Virus record (IMG/VR): IMGVR_UViG_3300017754_002055 | Location: 1 to 58,764 of that record | Strand: one strand, 5' to 3' | From: a virus | Taxonomy: Duplodnaviria > Caudoviricetes | DNA length: 58,764 bases | Shown here: in pieces, positions 18,597-29,112 of the stretch | Position numbering within the stretch: position 1 is the stretch's first letter | How the letters are laid out: each line of letters begins with the position of its first letter | Made by a program: the position numbers and the translations under genes | The notes under the pieces: model-generated | The model's input: only the letters and a program-made list of their open reading frames with translations | Databases searched by the model: none | Told to the model about the DNA's origin: nothing

Positions 18597-20417
18597 TTAA
18601 TTTCCATTCCAACTTCCACCAACACCCGATACTGATTCTTTATTAACCCCATTATTTATTAAGTATTTTTGCAGTTCTCCTAACTGCTCTTGATTGTCTA
18701 TGTTAAACTCTTTTGGTTCTCCCACTTTGGGAATTACCGTCACGTAATCGCTTCCATAGTTTGACCTTCCTTGAAATGTAAATCCAAATTTATTGAACTT
18801 ATCACTTAGATGCGCCACTGTCTTATCGGGACTATCCTCACCTATGTACCCTTCCGTGTAAACATATTGGTCATATCCTGTATCGGGTGCAGTAGAAGGA
18901 GTAGCATTATAATCTCTTTTAGACTGAATGCTCTTCTCATAATCTGCAGTACCAAAGCTACCTTTTCCAAATCTATTCAAATCAGAATCAGTTATTTTTC
19001 CAAAGACTTCAGTCCCCGATTTAAACCAATCATCCGGTGTTTTAACAGTGAGGTTGGCGTCAGTAAATGGTATAGACCTATTTTTATTTGGGTCAGCGTA
19101 TTTAAACGTGACTCCATAGGCGTCTTTACCTGTGTTAGGGTCGATGTACTTTCCTCTGCTTATACTTATAAGACCTTCTTCTTTCATCTCGGGCAATCCC
19201 AAGATTGCATCAGTAGCTGCCTGCACCCTTGCATCATCTCCTGTGTAAAGGTCTTGCCAAGATTGGAACACAGTTTCTTTTGTCTGCCTGTTTGCACGTT
19301 CCATAAATTGCCACTGCGCCTCTTGCTGTCTTTCAGAAGCGCCAATTACAGTTACCTTCTCAGTCTTATCATACATAAGACGGGCTTGCGTTTTGAGATA
19401 ATCAAAAGCAGCCTGTCTTTGTTTAGCTCCATTAGCGCCTTCAAAAACAGGAACAGGAAGGTCTGTGTTTGGGTCTGTCTTTAGCAATATGAGATTTGGA
19501 TTTTTCTTAGCTGCTTTTTCATCCCAAGTATATGTGTACTCATTGCCCGTCTCACTTTCAAAGTCTACGTTATTTGTAAGTATAGACGATACGTCGTAAT
19601 CAACAACAAGCATAGAGTTAATCATTTTTCTTTCAGCGTCTTCAAACTTTTGAATACTACCCTCGTCTTCTCCAAAGTTAGTTCGGTCTGTTATGTCAAG
19701 AAACTCAGTAATTGTACCCCTCTGATACTTATTCTTTAGCTCTGTCATCGTCTCTATTTCTTCCCCCAATCCACTCACGAATTTACTGACATTAGCCGCA
19801 ACATCAAACTTATCAAAACTTGACTTTATTCTATTTCTCATAGAATTTATGGTGGCAAAATCATTAGGGTTATCGCTCATTTTTCTAACACCATCCTCAC
19901 CAACTACCATCTTCCCTACGTTTAGGGTGTAGTCTGTTGGATTGATGTAGAGTTTTGTGTTGGAGAAATTTGAAAAGCCTTCAGCTTCTGCCATTAGCCA
20001 AGTCTCTAAGTCTTGTGACTGCCCGGCCTTCATTCGCTCCATCTTTTTCTGATACTCGGTTTGATATTCGTCCATCAAAGAAAACGCAGCCTCTGTTCCG
20101 TCGGTTAGGTTCTGACGCATCACCACATAGTCCTTTAACTTTAGCTGTCCGGACTTCAATAATTTATCTTGCATTAATCTAGCTTGCGACGCATCAGCCC
20201 CATACTCTAATGCCCATTGGTTCATACCTTTATGCTCTCCTTGTGGAGCATTGGCAAGCTCTACTCCGTAATCACGAGAAGCTTTATCTATTGCAGCCTT
20301 TTTTTCCTCACGTATCCGAACCTCTTCCTTGAGCATGTCGGACATGTTCTTCCCTATCTCGGCCCAATTTACTTGACTATCGGCCTCGCGTTCAGCGTAT
20401 TTAAAATATGTTGCCAT
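18597..20417 (-). CDS. Probable internal virion/ejection protein
   Basis: Lies between the tail genes and the giant protein; helical composition. Confidence 0.55.
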   Translation of the reverse strand: MATYFKYAEREADSQVNWAEIGKNMSDMLKEEVRIREEKKAAIDKASRDYGVELANAPQGEHKGMNQWALEYGADASQARLMQDKLLKSGQLKLKDYVVMRQNLTDGTEAAFSLMDEYQTEYQKKMERMKAGQSQDLETWLMAEAEGFSNFSNTKLYINPTDYTLNVGKMVVGEDGVRKMSDNPNDFATINSMRNRIKSSFDKFDVAANVSKFVSGLGEEIETMTELKNKYQRGTITEFLDITDRTNFGEDEGSIQKFEDAERKMINSMLVVDYDVSSILTNNVDFESETGNEYTYTWDEKAAKKNPNLILLKTDPNTDLPVPVFEGANGAKQRQAAFDYLKTQARLMYDKTEKVTVIGASERQQEAQWQFMERANRQTKETVFQSWQDLYTGDDARVQAATDAILGLPEMKEEGLISISRGKYIDPNTGKDAYGVTFKYADPNKNRSIPFTDANLTVKTPDDWFKSGTEVFGKITDSDLNRFGKGSFGTADYEKSIQSKRDYNATPSTAPDTGYDQYVYTEGYIGEDSPDKTVAHLSDKFNKFGFTFQGRSNYGSDYVTVIPKVGEPKEFNIDNQEQLGELQKYLINNGVNKESVSGVGGSWNGN

Positions 20418-20423
20418 TGATTA

Positions 20424-21245
20424 TTAGAATGGGTTAAACGGGTTGTAATTCTGCTGATAATTAGAATTTTGAAACAACATGCGGCGCTGTTCGGGACTTA
20501 AGTTTCTTACAAACTTTCTGTACTCTAGGTTTGACATTTGTCCTATCGTTGAGAAATCTACATTAGTAAAACCCTTTTCTAAATTTGCTTCTGACGTACT
20601 AGGTCCCATGCCAAACTTGACATCTCCAAACTCCTTCATCTGTTCGGAATTCATTTCAACTGTAGATGCTGCCGATTTTTCTGCTCCTATATTTCTGCTG
20701 TACAATGGAGCGACTTGAATAGCTGTTTGAGCAAGTCCTTGGACGCTCTCAAATCCTTGCGCTATAGCTGCAGCCCTTGCTTCTTGAGCATCTCTTGCCG
20801 CCATCTGTGCGCCTGCTGCTTCCTCTAAGTTTATCTGAGCACGTACATCTCTAAGTCGAGATTCTTCAGTTGCGCTAAGTCTTGCTAGGTCTGATAGCTC
20901 TTGACCCATCGCTGTTCTAATGCCTGCTTGAGCTTCGTTCTGCGCCATCAATACGCGACCTGCCGTTGGAGCTACTCCTCTTGACTCGCCTTCTACTCCT
21001 GCTTGAATAGCTTGAGCGCCGGCTGAAAGAAGAGACTCTCTCTCAAGGTCATATTTTTCTTTCTGAATACCAAGCGGGTCGTAGTAATTTACATCGAGAC
21101 CTTTCTTTACTTCTGCCATTGCGTTTTGAGCATCCCTCTCCGCTTCACGCTGAAGTTTCTTTTGCTTATTGGCTTGGGAAAATGACATTCCCACCGATGC
21201 CGCTGTTGCTACTGTGCCAACTACTATTGCTGTTGTTACTGCCAT
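20424..21245 (-). CDS. Probable internal virion/ejection protein
   Basis: Hydrophobic Ala/Gly N-terminus followed by an Ala/Gln-rich coiled coil, typical of podovirus ejection proteins. Confidence 0.6.
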   Translation of the reverse strand: MAVTTAIVVGTVATAASVGMSFSQANKQKKLQREAERDAQNAMAEVKKGLDVNYYDPLGIQKEKYDLERESLLSAGAQAIQAGVEGESRGVAPTAGRVLMAQNEAQAGIRTAMGQELSDLARLSATEESRLRDVRAQINLEEAAGAQMAARDAQEARAAAIAQGFESVQGLAQTAIQVAPLYSRNIGAEKSAASTVEMNSEQMKEFGDVKFGMGPSTSEANLEKGFTNVDFSTIGQMSNLEYRKFVRNLSPEQRRMLFQNSNYQQNYNPFNPF

Positions 21246-21246
21246 C

Positions 21247-21660
21247 TTATAAATTTTTTATCATCTCACTTGTGTACGAATCTCCTTGTGTATAGCCTAG
21301 CTTCTTGTAAGTGTTTATTAGGCCCGGATGTTTTATTAGGGCGTAACAATACTTTGACCCCGCTGACTTGCATATTCCTGTAAGAGAGGAAATCAAAAGC
21401 TCAATAGCTTCTTTTCTTTTAGGCTTATTGATATACTTCTTGTTAGAAATAATCCAATCTACCCAAGCGGCTTTTGAGTTAGTCAAGTACATGAATCCGG
21501 CACAAACAGGAACGTCGCCATCCATAATCATCACACCTCCCTTCCCATTATCGGGAAGGAAATCTAATGAAGGAGGGACCCATCCCCACTGCTCCCACCA
21601 TCCGACCAAGGTCTCATGGTAGTCGTTTTCATTTAAAGCACGTACAACAAGGGAATCCAT
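21247..21660 (-). CDS. GNAT-fold acetyltransferase-like protein
   Basis: About 140 aa with C-terminal 'YKKLGY'; typical position ahead of ejection genes. Confidence 0.6.
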   Translation of the reverse strand: MDSLVVRALNENDYHETLVGWWEQWGWVPPSLDFLPDNGKGGVMIMDGDVPVCAGFMYLTNSKAAWVDWIISNKKYINKPKRKEAIELLISSLTGICKSAGSKYCYALIKHPGLINTYKKLGYTQGDSYTSEMIKNL

Positions 21661-21667
21661 ATACGCA

Positions 21668-21675
21668 CAAAGGTA
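21668..21675 (-). promoter_or_regulatory. Bacteroidota-type -7 element TACCTTTG
   Basis: CAAAGGTA on the + strand in the intergenic gap. Confidence 0.55.
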
Positions 21676-21681
21676 TTAAAA

Positions 21682-22506
21682 TTAAGGGTAACTTTTCATC
21701 ACCTCAGACTCTACAGCAAACAGTTCTATTTTATTTATAGACGAATTTTCGAGAGTGAACACACAATAGTGTCCCAAGACTCCGTGAGACTCGGCTATTG
21801 AACCTTTTATGTACAAGAAATATGCATCTTGTATTGGTATAGGAACAGAGCCGGGAGTGGATGTGTCTATGGTGATTTGATTAAAGCCTTGAGAGTAGTT
21901 TTGATTTACACCCGTTATCTGTCCTGCTAGTTGCGGGCTCGTATATGGAGGTGTAGCGAAGTATAGATAGTCTCCTATACTGACAATGTTCCCTATCTCA
22001 ATGAGTGGAGATATTGAGAAGTCAATCACATCTAATGCGCCTGTCACTTGAAAGCTTCTTCCTATTCCGTTCAGACTTCTAAGCGGATACTCCGCCGGAT
22101 TAGCAGGAACACTTCCGGAGTTTCTTACAAAAGCATACCAAGACTGTTCTTTCTTCTCATACCAACTAGCATTGATGAACCCCGAATACTGAAGGTCTGT
22201 AGTTAGTAGTGTATCCCAAATAGAATCACCCTCTAGGTTGATGGTCTTGAATAGCTTGTTATCAAGGGGAGATGTATTGAATACGCTCTGAAGACTTGTT
22301 GGAGTAAACGCCAAGGCAGGGTCTCCAACCTTTGTCCAATAAGACTCGTAGAAAGTATTTCTTAGCGAGTTTGTATTGTGACGATACAAGTCCCCGCCTT
22401 TAAACGTATACAAGAAGTTGTTCATCCCAATAATCCAATCGGGATAGAAGGAATAAAACGAAGGCCATCCCTGCGCCTGTTGGCTGAATGTAAGTGTGTA
22501 TGTCAT
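21682..22506 (-). CDS. Tail/structural protein
   Basis: TLTFS..GWPSFYSFYPD and KLFKTINLEG resemble a stabilization-protein C-terminal segment; in the tail cluster. Confidence 0.6.
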   Translation of the reverse strand: MTYTLTFSQQAQGWPSFYSFYPDWIIGMNNFLYTFKGGDLYRHNTNSLRNTFYESYWTKVGDPALAFTPTSLQSVFNTSPLDNKLFKTINLEGDSIWDTLLTTDLQYSGFINASWYEKKEQSWYAFVRNSGSVPANPAEYPLRSLNGIGRSFQVTGALDVIDFSISPLIEIGNIVSIGDYLYFATPPYTSPQLAGQITGVNQNYSQGFNQITIDTSTPGSVPIPIQDAYFLYIKGSIAESHGVLGHYCVFTLENSSINKIELFAVESEVMKSYP

Positions 22507-22507
22507 T

Positions 22508-23479
22508 TTACGAGCAGGTATCTAGTATTTCTGTTATTACTCCGTTCTGAACTCTAATGGTATCGTTAGTTCCGGTCAAGTTACTTGTCTTGTAATATCC
22601 ATCAGCCAATATAGCTTGGCCGTATTGGTCTGTAAATATCCAATCGTATAAGCCAAGATAAGGAGCAACTCCATTGACACTTACAAAATAATAAGAATCG
22701 TTTAATGGAAGCTCACAAAAAGCAACAGGGTCCTCCAATGTTTCCACTCCTACGGATGCCTTGAATTTTTTAAGAACAGCAGGGCACTCAATAGAGATGC
22801 TGAATATAGCATCAACACAAACTGAATAGCAAGTTATATCAACAACCGGTGATGCATAGCTTATCTTAGGAATAACCATTACACATTCTCCCGGATTTGT
22901 AGGTGTTGTTTGGTCCTGCGGAGCGGTAACGCTAATTGAAGACGTTCCCCCTGTAGCAACGAATGCTGTTCCATCCCAAAGATAATCTGTCAAGGAGTAT
23001 GGGCCCCCAACCAAAGACCCGGCAGGGCAAGCAGATACTTCTGAGCCTGTTATCCCTAAAAAGGTAGGTTGATTTATAGGAGCCGATAAGTATCCAAAAT
23101 TCTGAGAACTTACCTTGTTGTATGTTACTCCTTGGAAAACAGCTTGTATTCCTTCGGGTACACTTTGAGGTGAGAATCTAATCACAATTGCTCCTACATT
23201 AGCAGGTAATCCTCCTGTATTTATACTTAATTTATATGCTCCACTTACCGACGACACCAAAATCAAACCACCTCCACACGGAACTCCACATGCAGGACAT
23301 GGCTGAACAGGTTGAAGAACCCCATCAATTAGTTGCCTAATAACAGTGCCGTCTGAATACCATCCATTCACTGCAAAAATAGTTAGTGCTGAATTAGTGT
23401 ATATTGAAGTAGAGTCGGACAATGATGTGCCGTTAAGGAAGAATGGTTGCGGGTATTGATTAGGCATTATTAGGAACAA
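22508..23479 (-). CDS. Structural/tail-associated protein, Cys- and beta-rich (start may be MPNQY)
   Basis: NGWYSDG and ADGYY motifs; located in the tail cluster. Confidence 0.55.
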   Translation of the reverse strand: MFLIMPNQYPQPFFLNGTSLSDSTSIYTNSALTIFAVNGWYSDGTVIRQLIDGVLQPVQPCPACGVPCGGGLILVSSVSGAYKLSINTGGLPANVGAIVIRFSPQSVPEGIQAVFQGVTYNKVSSQNFGYLSAPINQPTFLGITGSEVSACPAGSLVGGPYSLTDYLWDGTAFVATGGTSSISVTAPQDQTTPTNPGECVMVIPKISYASPVVDITCYSVCVDAIFSISIECPAVLKKFKASVGVETLEDPVAFCELPLNDSYYFVSVNGVAPYLGLYDWIFTDQYGQAILADGYYKTSNLTGTNDTIRVQNGVITEILDTCS

Positions 23480-26400
23480 TTACATTTAACAAATTCTATA
23501 TCGACGTCTCCGAATGCAACATAGTAGTCGGCGTTTACTATGCATAAATCTTTAACCACTTCTTCGGGGTCAAGGGTCAATGAGACGGGAACCCCGCTAC
23601 CACAAAGCCCTCCCGGAAGATAAACTCCCGCTGTTTCCGTTGCTGAAAGATTCACTATCTCTATTGTAATACATTCGTCTTGACAAATAAGACAATCACA
23701 GCAAAGAGAGGTTAAGCTTTCTTCAGACCCATCATCTGTATAACACAAGCCAAATATACCTGTCTGTCTTAGGTCCCAAATCAAGTACAAGTATTCTCCA
23801 AATGTAGATGATGGAACAGCAAATTGAGCTTCAAACAAGTTGCCTCCTCCCGTAATTGGAGACGCTACTGAAGAAGCTAATAGCAAGTTTAAAATATCAG
23901 TAGGGTTATTTAAGTAAAGCGTAGAGCTTCTTAAATACCTAAACTTATTCCCAAGAGAATTGAACACATAGTTATCGGGGGCTATTTTGTTTGTTTGAAG
24001 TATCACATCGCTTCCATCGGGAGGGAACGAACCTGTTCCTACAAATCCGCTTGTTACGTTATATCTTGACACAAGAGGTGTATCTAGTCCCGATTGGAAG
24101 ACAACTCCATTTGATTGAAGTGGTCCAACGAATGTTCCGTTTGTATATCTAAACTGAGAGTGTATTGTCTTTCCCGCATCAGTGTCGCTTGTCACCACAA
24201 CCTCGATAATGTTTAGCACGTCCGGAACAGGACAGTCAATAAGCATTGTCAAGACTACAGGTCCTGTGTAGGTTATGTTTATTGAGACAGTCCCTTCAGA
24301 CACCAAGTCTTTAAAGAACGTTATGCTACCCGATGAGTTCTGAGGGCCCGAAGACACAGTGGTTCCATTATATGTAGCGCTTACATCAAAGGTTCCTTCA
24401 ACGCTAGATACAATCCAAGACACAGTCGTCTGTCCAACATTAGAACCCAATGACACGCAGTAGTCAAATGCTCCGGCCTCCTCTCCCGATGGTATAAATA
24501 AAGTAAGGGTCTGTGAAACACCACAAGCAAGACACTCGGGATTTACAGGAAGCTCTCTATCATTTAAGGACAACACGTACTCATTCATATAAGGGTCATA
24601 TCCTCCTAGCTTTTGAGTACCAAAAGATTCTATAAACCTATCTCTAAACCATGTACGCATACCCAATTCAGAAACAACATTCAGCTCTTCGTTTGAGCGC
24701 GAGTTTCCGCGCAGCTGAATAACAGCACCTCTTTTTATATCCGTAAAGAATCTGTCATATCCCCACTGAACGTAGCTCTCGGGATTGAAGCTGATTCCGT
24801 ACTTCTCTGTTCTAGCTATCTGAGTTCCTAAAACCTCGGGCACAGAAGATATAGCGCCACCTCCTGTTGAATCAGACAGCAAATTCTTGCCCGCCAACAC
24901 GTAAGATATCTTATCTTCTTGTAAAACAAGAACGTCAGTATCTCTAGCGTCTATTATATATATTCTTCCGAATGAAGTTTCTAGGTTTTTAAAGTTCAAT
25001 AGACCTAAGTTGAACTCGTTTAACTTGTTCACGTTAGTCTCTTGATTATATACGCCGCTGTATGTAATATCAGCATATCTATCAGCTGCTTTATAATCTT
25101 GAGCGGCAACTGATGTCACTCGGTTTCCAAGATTGAATGAGCGTCCAATAATAGAATCTCTAATCTTATAACTCTCGACACCATTTCCAAAAGCAAAGCA
25201 ATTGAAAAATCCGGTTTGAACTTCTCCGGGGATTCCTGCCGCAATATCTTGAGACACGTCTCCCGGTCCATTTCCCGATAGGTGATTTCCCTCTGCATCA
25301 ATAGCAAAGGACAGTTCATTCTCAAAGAATATATCGGGAGGTGTATCGCTAGGAATGGTCTCAAACACAACTAGATTGTCTGCTCTAAACACGGTCACTT
25401 GAGAAGTGATAGATGACCTTCTCTTGTCAGCTCCTATAGCTCCGTTACACCTAACAGTTCCTGTTATTTTTAATACCAATTGATTGTCGCCATATCTATA
25501 GAACTGATAGTAGTTGGTACAAACACTCGGAGTCGGAATGCCTAGCGTTGGAATAAACACGTTTGTTATAGGGCACTCACCATCTCCAACTTCTTGTGTT
25601 CCGTTATTTAAGACAGAAGCTATGTTGTCACCAACCCACCAATCATACATGTTGTCGTAATTGGCAGATGAGGTAAGCGTTACATTCAGCGTGTATATTC
25701 TTCTCTCGCATTTGCCATCTCCACCTCTCGCTCCTAGCCTTTGAAATCTAAACGACATGTTTATACGACTACCTGCAGGAACCGTGTAGTCTACCCATGC
25801 AGAGCCATCCCAAACATTCATCGGATAATCCTGTATAGGAAAGTCACCTCCATTATTTTCGTTGGTAACTATCGTTCCGGGATTGATGATTGAGTTTGCA
25901 GATTGAACCGCTTGAAAAGAAGATGGCTTCATTTTCATGTAAACACCTGCGGGTGGAGCAACGCCTTCTTGGGTTGTAATAAACCCTACCCCTTTCGCTT
26001 CTTTCTCTAACACAGTAGCGTAAGCACACGTAAGTAATGGGCCTCCGGTATCTCTCTTTACAATATATCTGTCTCCATCATCCACCTTACGCATGTTCTC
26101 CCCCTCAAGAAGAAAGTAGACATCGTTTGTTGCCTCTTCAGTAAAGAAGACGCTTGTATATATTGTTTCGTAATTCTCTGCGTCAGCCTTGCATACAAAC
26201 TTATATCTTGTGGCCCATGCCGGAGCTCTTTGTGATGTGGGTATAGTAACTCGTATAGAGTTTTTTGTGGTTGAGTTTCCACACGCAACATGCTCTGTAT
26301 TGAATGGACTAACTAGCGCTGTTGTTGAGCGATTAAACTCATCCATATACACGATTCCTATCTCATAACCCCTATTGCTATGTAGGCTTCTTGGGGTTGA

Positions 26401-28176
26401 TACTTTTTGGAAAAAAACCTCTGCGCTTGCAACTCTGTAATGGTCGTAAATGTTTTGCGTTATAGCGCTCACATCATCAACGTATCTCATTGCAAGAAAC
26501 TGCAATTCAATCACAGTGCTAGATGGAGATGATATTGTTATTGCAATAGGCTCATTTGCCGCAGATATTCCGGCCTCATATTTAGTTACCGTTCCAAAAG
26601 CATTTGGCGTAGCCAAAGTGTTTGGAAGAAGACAGTTCACTTGGTCAGTGAATGTTGTGCCATCGCAAGATGTGTCGTCTCCGGGTATTGGAGAGTACAC
26701 AGGAAGTATATTGAAAGAGGTTCCAATCGCATCTTGAAACTCAACACTTGTGGCCAAGGCATACACGGACGCATAATCGTTTAAAAGCGAAAAAGAAAAG
26801 GTAACCCCCAAGTCAGACACTGTGTCTGTTGGATATGGAGCGTCCCCTGTATAAACAACGTGAGTTAGATTTACCTCTATTGTTATGGAGGCTCCTGCTA
26901 CTAATTCTAATCCTGCTAAATCTATCTGAATAACAGAGTCGTCAATAGCTATACCTGTTCCAAAAAAATAGTCGCCCGATGTGAGTGTATATGGAACATC
27001 TTCAAAACCTATCTCCTCAGATACAAGCTCTGTTTCGTATTCTAGTCTTGTTGGATTTCCAAACTTATCAATCAAGTCATACCCCTCAAGATATGCACCA
27101 TACATAAGTCTATTGCCCATTATGGTTTGAGCCTTAGCGAGCCTAGGAACGTTGTCGTATAATCTTAAGATTTCTCCATCAGATAGTATAGTAAATATCT
27201 TACTGTTATTGAAAGTAAATGTCGCTATGGTGTCATTTGGAATACCCATCTCAGCCTTGTCAAGCTTCTCAATAACCTTGATAATATTATTGTTTGCTTG
27301 CTTAAATAGAAGGTCTATACCAACGACTAGCGGGCCACCCGTGTCATAGGAAACAACAGCTGCATTGAAGGAGTTGGTCATCCCTTCATTAAGATAACTG
27401 TTATTTGTAAATGCAAATTCACTAGGCTCAAAAGCGGGGTCAGACCATTGTGAGGTAGCTGAGTATTCCCCGTCTATATATCTGTATCTATAGGCAAAGC
27501 AAATAAATCTCTCATCTAAATAGGTATTCTCTCCCGGCTGCTCAATAAGCTGAACAGACGGAGCTTCAGCAGGAGGTCTTTTGATAACAAGTATAGACTC
27601 AGCCAATAAAGCAGGGCCGTCCGGAAGACCACCTCCATCTATATTTCCTATTGGGTTTGGATAGTTTCTTGTAACATTTATGAATCTAGGTTGGTTGTAA
27701 TCTTCTGTAAAAAACAAAAGGTCTCCAACTTTATCTATACCTGTAACAAGATACTTTGGATTAAAATTAAGCGTTGTATTCACGCCGCCACCATCGTCTA
27801 TGCTTATCACATGGTAAGTAAGAATATTGGTGATGGTATTAAAAGATACTATCAAGTCTAACTTTCCTGTGGGATTAGGTCCCGAAGAAGTAGCGGTAAA
27901 ATTAGGGTCATGAACAAACCAATAGATTGTTTCATTTGCGCTATCAGCAAAAGCTCCAATACAAACAGCGTCAATGCTAGTCGGGGTTCCATCGAAATAC
28001 GCAAGGGAAGTCAAAGAAAGATTTCCCTTTGAATTTTCAATAACCCCAACCTCAGACTGCTCGGTAGAACCCATACGGACATTCATCGCGTCAATGTATT
28101 CTCCATCGGGAACAAGGCGTTCATCAACAACCTTGTTCATCCTGCCTGCAATAAAGTTTCTTGTGAAGTTTGCCAT
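23470..28176 (-). CDS. Large tail nozzle/stabilization protein
   Basis: Likely start MANFTRNFIAGRMNK..DERL..GEY.DA.N; contains FAYRYRY..GEYS and GNRLMYG motifs. Confidence 0.7.
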   Translation of the reverse strand: MANFTRNFIAGRMNKVVDERLVPDGEYIDAMNVRMGSTEQSEVGVIENSKGNLSLTSLAYFDGTPTSIDAVCIGAFADSANETIYWFVHDPNFTATSSGPNPTGKLDLIVSFNTITNILTYHVISIDDGGGVNTTLNFNPKYLVTGIDKVGDLLFFTEDYNQPRFINVTRNYPNPIGNIDGGGLPDGPALLAESILVIKRPPAEAPSVQLIEQPGENTYLDERFICFAYRYRYIDGEYSATSQWSDPAFEPSEFAFTNNSYLNEGMTNSFNAAVVSYDTGGPLVVGIDLLFKQANNNIIKVIEKLDKAEMGIPNDTIATFTFNNSKIFTILSDGEILRLYDNVPRLAKAQTIMGNRLMYGAYLEGYDLIDKFGNPTRLEYETELVSEEIGFEDVPYTLTSGDYFFGTGIAIDDSVIQIDLAGLELVAGASITIEVNLTHVVYTGDAPYPTDTVSDLGVTFSFSLLNDYASVYALATSVEFQDAIGTSFNILPVYSPIPGDDTSCDGTTFTDQVNCLLPNTLATPNAFGTVTKYEAGISAANEPIAITISSPSSTVIELQFLAMRYVDDVSAITQNIYDHYRVASAEVFFQKVSTPRSLHSNRGYEIGIVYMDEFNRSTTALVSPFNTEHVACGNSTTKNSIRVTIPTSQRAPAWATRYKFVCKADAENYETIYTSVFFTEEATNDVYFLLEGENMRKVDDGDRYIVKRDTGGPLLTCAYATVLEKEAKGVGFITTQEGVAPPAGVYMKMKPSSFQAVQSANSIINPGTIVTNENNGGDFPIQDYPMNVWDGSAWVDYTVPAGSRINMSFRFQRLGARGGDGKCERRIYTLNVTLTSSANYDNMYDWWVGDNIASVLNNGTQEVGDGECPITNVFIPTLGIPTPSVCTNYYQFYRYGDNQLVLKITGTVRCNGAIGADKRRSSITSQVTVFRADNLVVFETIPSDTPPDIFFENELSFAIDAEGNHLSGNGPGDVSQDIAAGIPGEVQTGFFNCFAFGNGVESYKIRDSIIGRSFNLGNRVTSVAAQDYKAADRYADITYSGVYNQETNVNKLNEFNLGLLNFKNLETSFGRIYIIDARDTDVLVLQEDKISYVLAGKNLLSDSTGGGAISSVPEVLGTQIARTEKYGISFNPESYVQWGYDRFFTDIKRGAVIQLRGNSRSNEELNVVSELGMRTWFRDRFIESFGTQKLGGYDPYMNEYVLSLNDRELPVNPECLACGVSQTLTLFIPSGEEAGAFDYCVSLGSNVGQTTVSWIVSSVEGTFDVSATYNGTTVSSGPQNSSGSITFFKDLVSEGTVSINITYTGPVVLTMLIDCPVPDVLNIIEVVVTSDTDAGKTIHSQFRYTNGTFVGPLQSNGVVFQSGLDTPLVSRYNVTSGFVGTGSFPPDGSDVILQTNKIAPDNYVFNSLGNKFRYLRSSTLYLNNPTDILNLLLASSVASPITGGGNLFEAQFAVPSSTFGEYLYLIWDLRQTGIFGLCYTDDGSEESLTSLCCDCLICQDECITIEIVNLSATETAGVYLPGGLCGSGVPVSLTLDPEEVVKDLCIVNADYYVAFGDVDIEFVKCNCS

Positions 28177-28177
28177 A

Positions 28178-29101
28178 TTATTTAATCCACTTGTCCATTC
28201 CACGCATGTTCATTAAGAGTCTGCCCGGATGAATATTGCTCATTCTGATTTTTGCATTTCTCAATAGCGCTGTTCTGTCTTTTCTCGCTCGATTTACAAT
28301 GTACTCTTGAACTCCAAACTTAGAATTTAACAGCTCGTATTTGATTGCGGCATAAATGTACTGCTCAAATAGTTTGTTTACAGTAATTAATGAGTTATCT
28401 CCATTCTCCATTCCGTCCGACACATACTCAAGAATACACGTCTCACCTGCCATGCTTGAGTCAAAGTTAATCACTCCCGCTTTCTTATCAATATTGAACG
28501 TAGGATTAAAGTTTGCAGTCTCAGTATTCAAGCCATAGGCAGCTCCAATTTTATAATCGAAGTACCAATTGCCATCCATACACCATCCTAGGTTTCCGTT
28601 GTAAGGGCTGTTCTGATTAAGATAGATGCTTTTCTTTAGGTTGTTCAGCCTGTCATAATCAATATTTGAGAACTGAGGCTGAAGAATATTCCCATTTATA
28701 TCAAAGAGAATATTGCCGTTGTTATCTTGCAGATAGGCGTTAGAGGATAGCACTTGAATGTTCTCGGTCAATGGCCTTAACCAACCGTCTTTATAAATCG
28801 ATATACGAACCCAATTCACATAATCAGAAGGAAGGACATACCTCAAAGACTCTGTAACATCTAGTTCCAAAACCTTTACTTCCTTAAACGCATCGTAGTT
28901 CAGCTCTTGAATAGCTCGCTTTGCATGGAATAGAATCTTATATCTCTCTTCGTTATTAACCAAAGAGTGATTCCCTGTATGCATCAGCATAAAGTTCGTG
29001 ACAATATCTTGTAAGCTCACGTATTGGTATGAGCCCCAATTCTTGTCCTCGGGCGTATTGCCATTGTTTTCGTAATACTGATATTGTGAAATATAGGCCA
29101 T
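28178..29101 (-). CDS. Head-tail adaptor/ring structural protein
   Basis: Position between capsid and nozzle genes. Confidence 0.55.
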   Translation of the reverse strand: MAYISQYQYYENNGNTPEDKNWGSYQYVSLQDIVTNFMLMHTGNHSLVNNEERYKILFHAKRAIQELNYDAFKEVKVLELDVTESLRYVLPSDYVNWVRISIYKDGWLRPLTENIQVLSSNAYLQDNNGNILFDINGNILQPQFSNIDYDRLNNLKKSIYLNQNSPYNGNLGWCMDGNWYFDYKIGAAYGLNTETANFNPTFNIDKKAGVINFDSSMAGETCILEYVSDGMENGDNSLITVNKLFEQYIYAAIKYELLNSKFGVQEYIVNRARKDRTALLRNAKIRMSNIHPGRLLMNMRGMDKWIK

Positions 29102-29112
29102 GCTCTTTTATT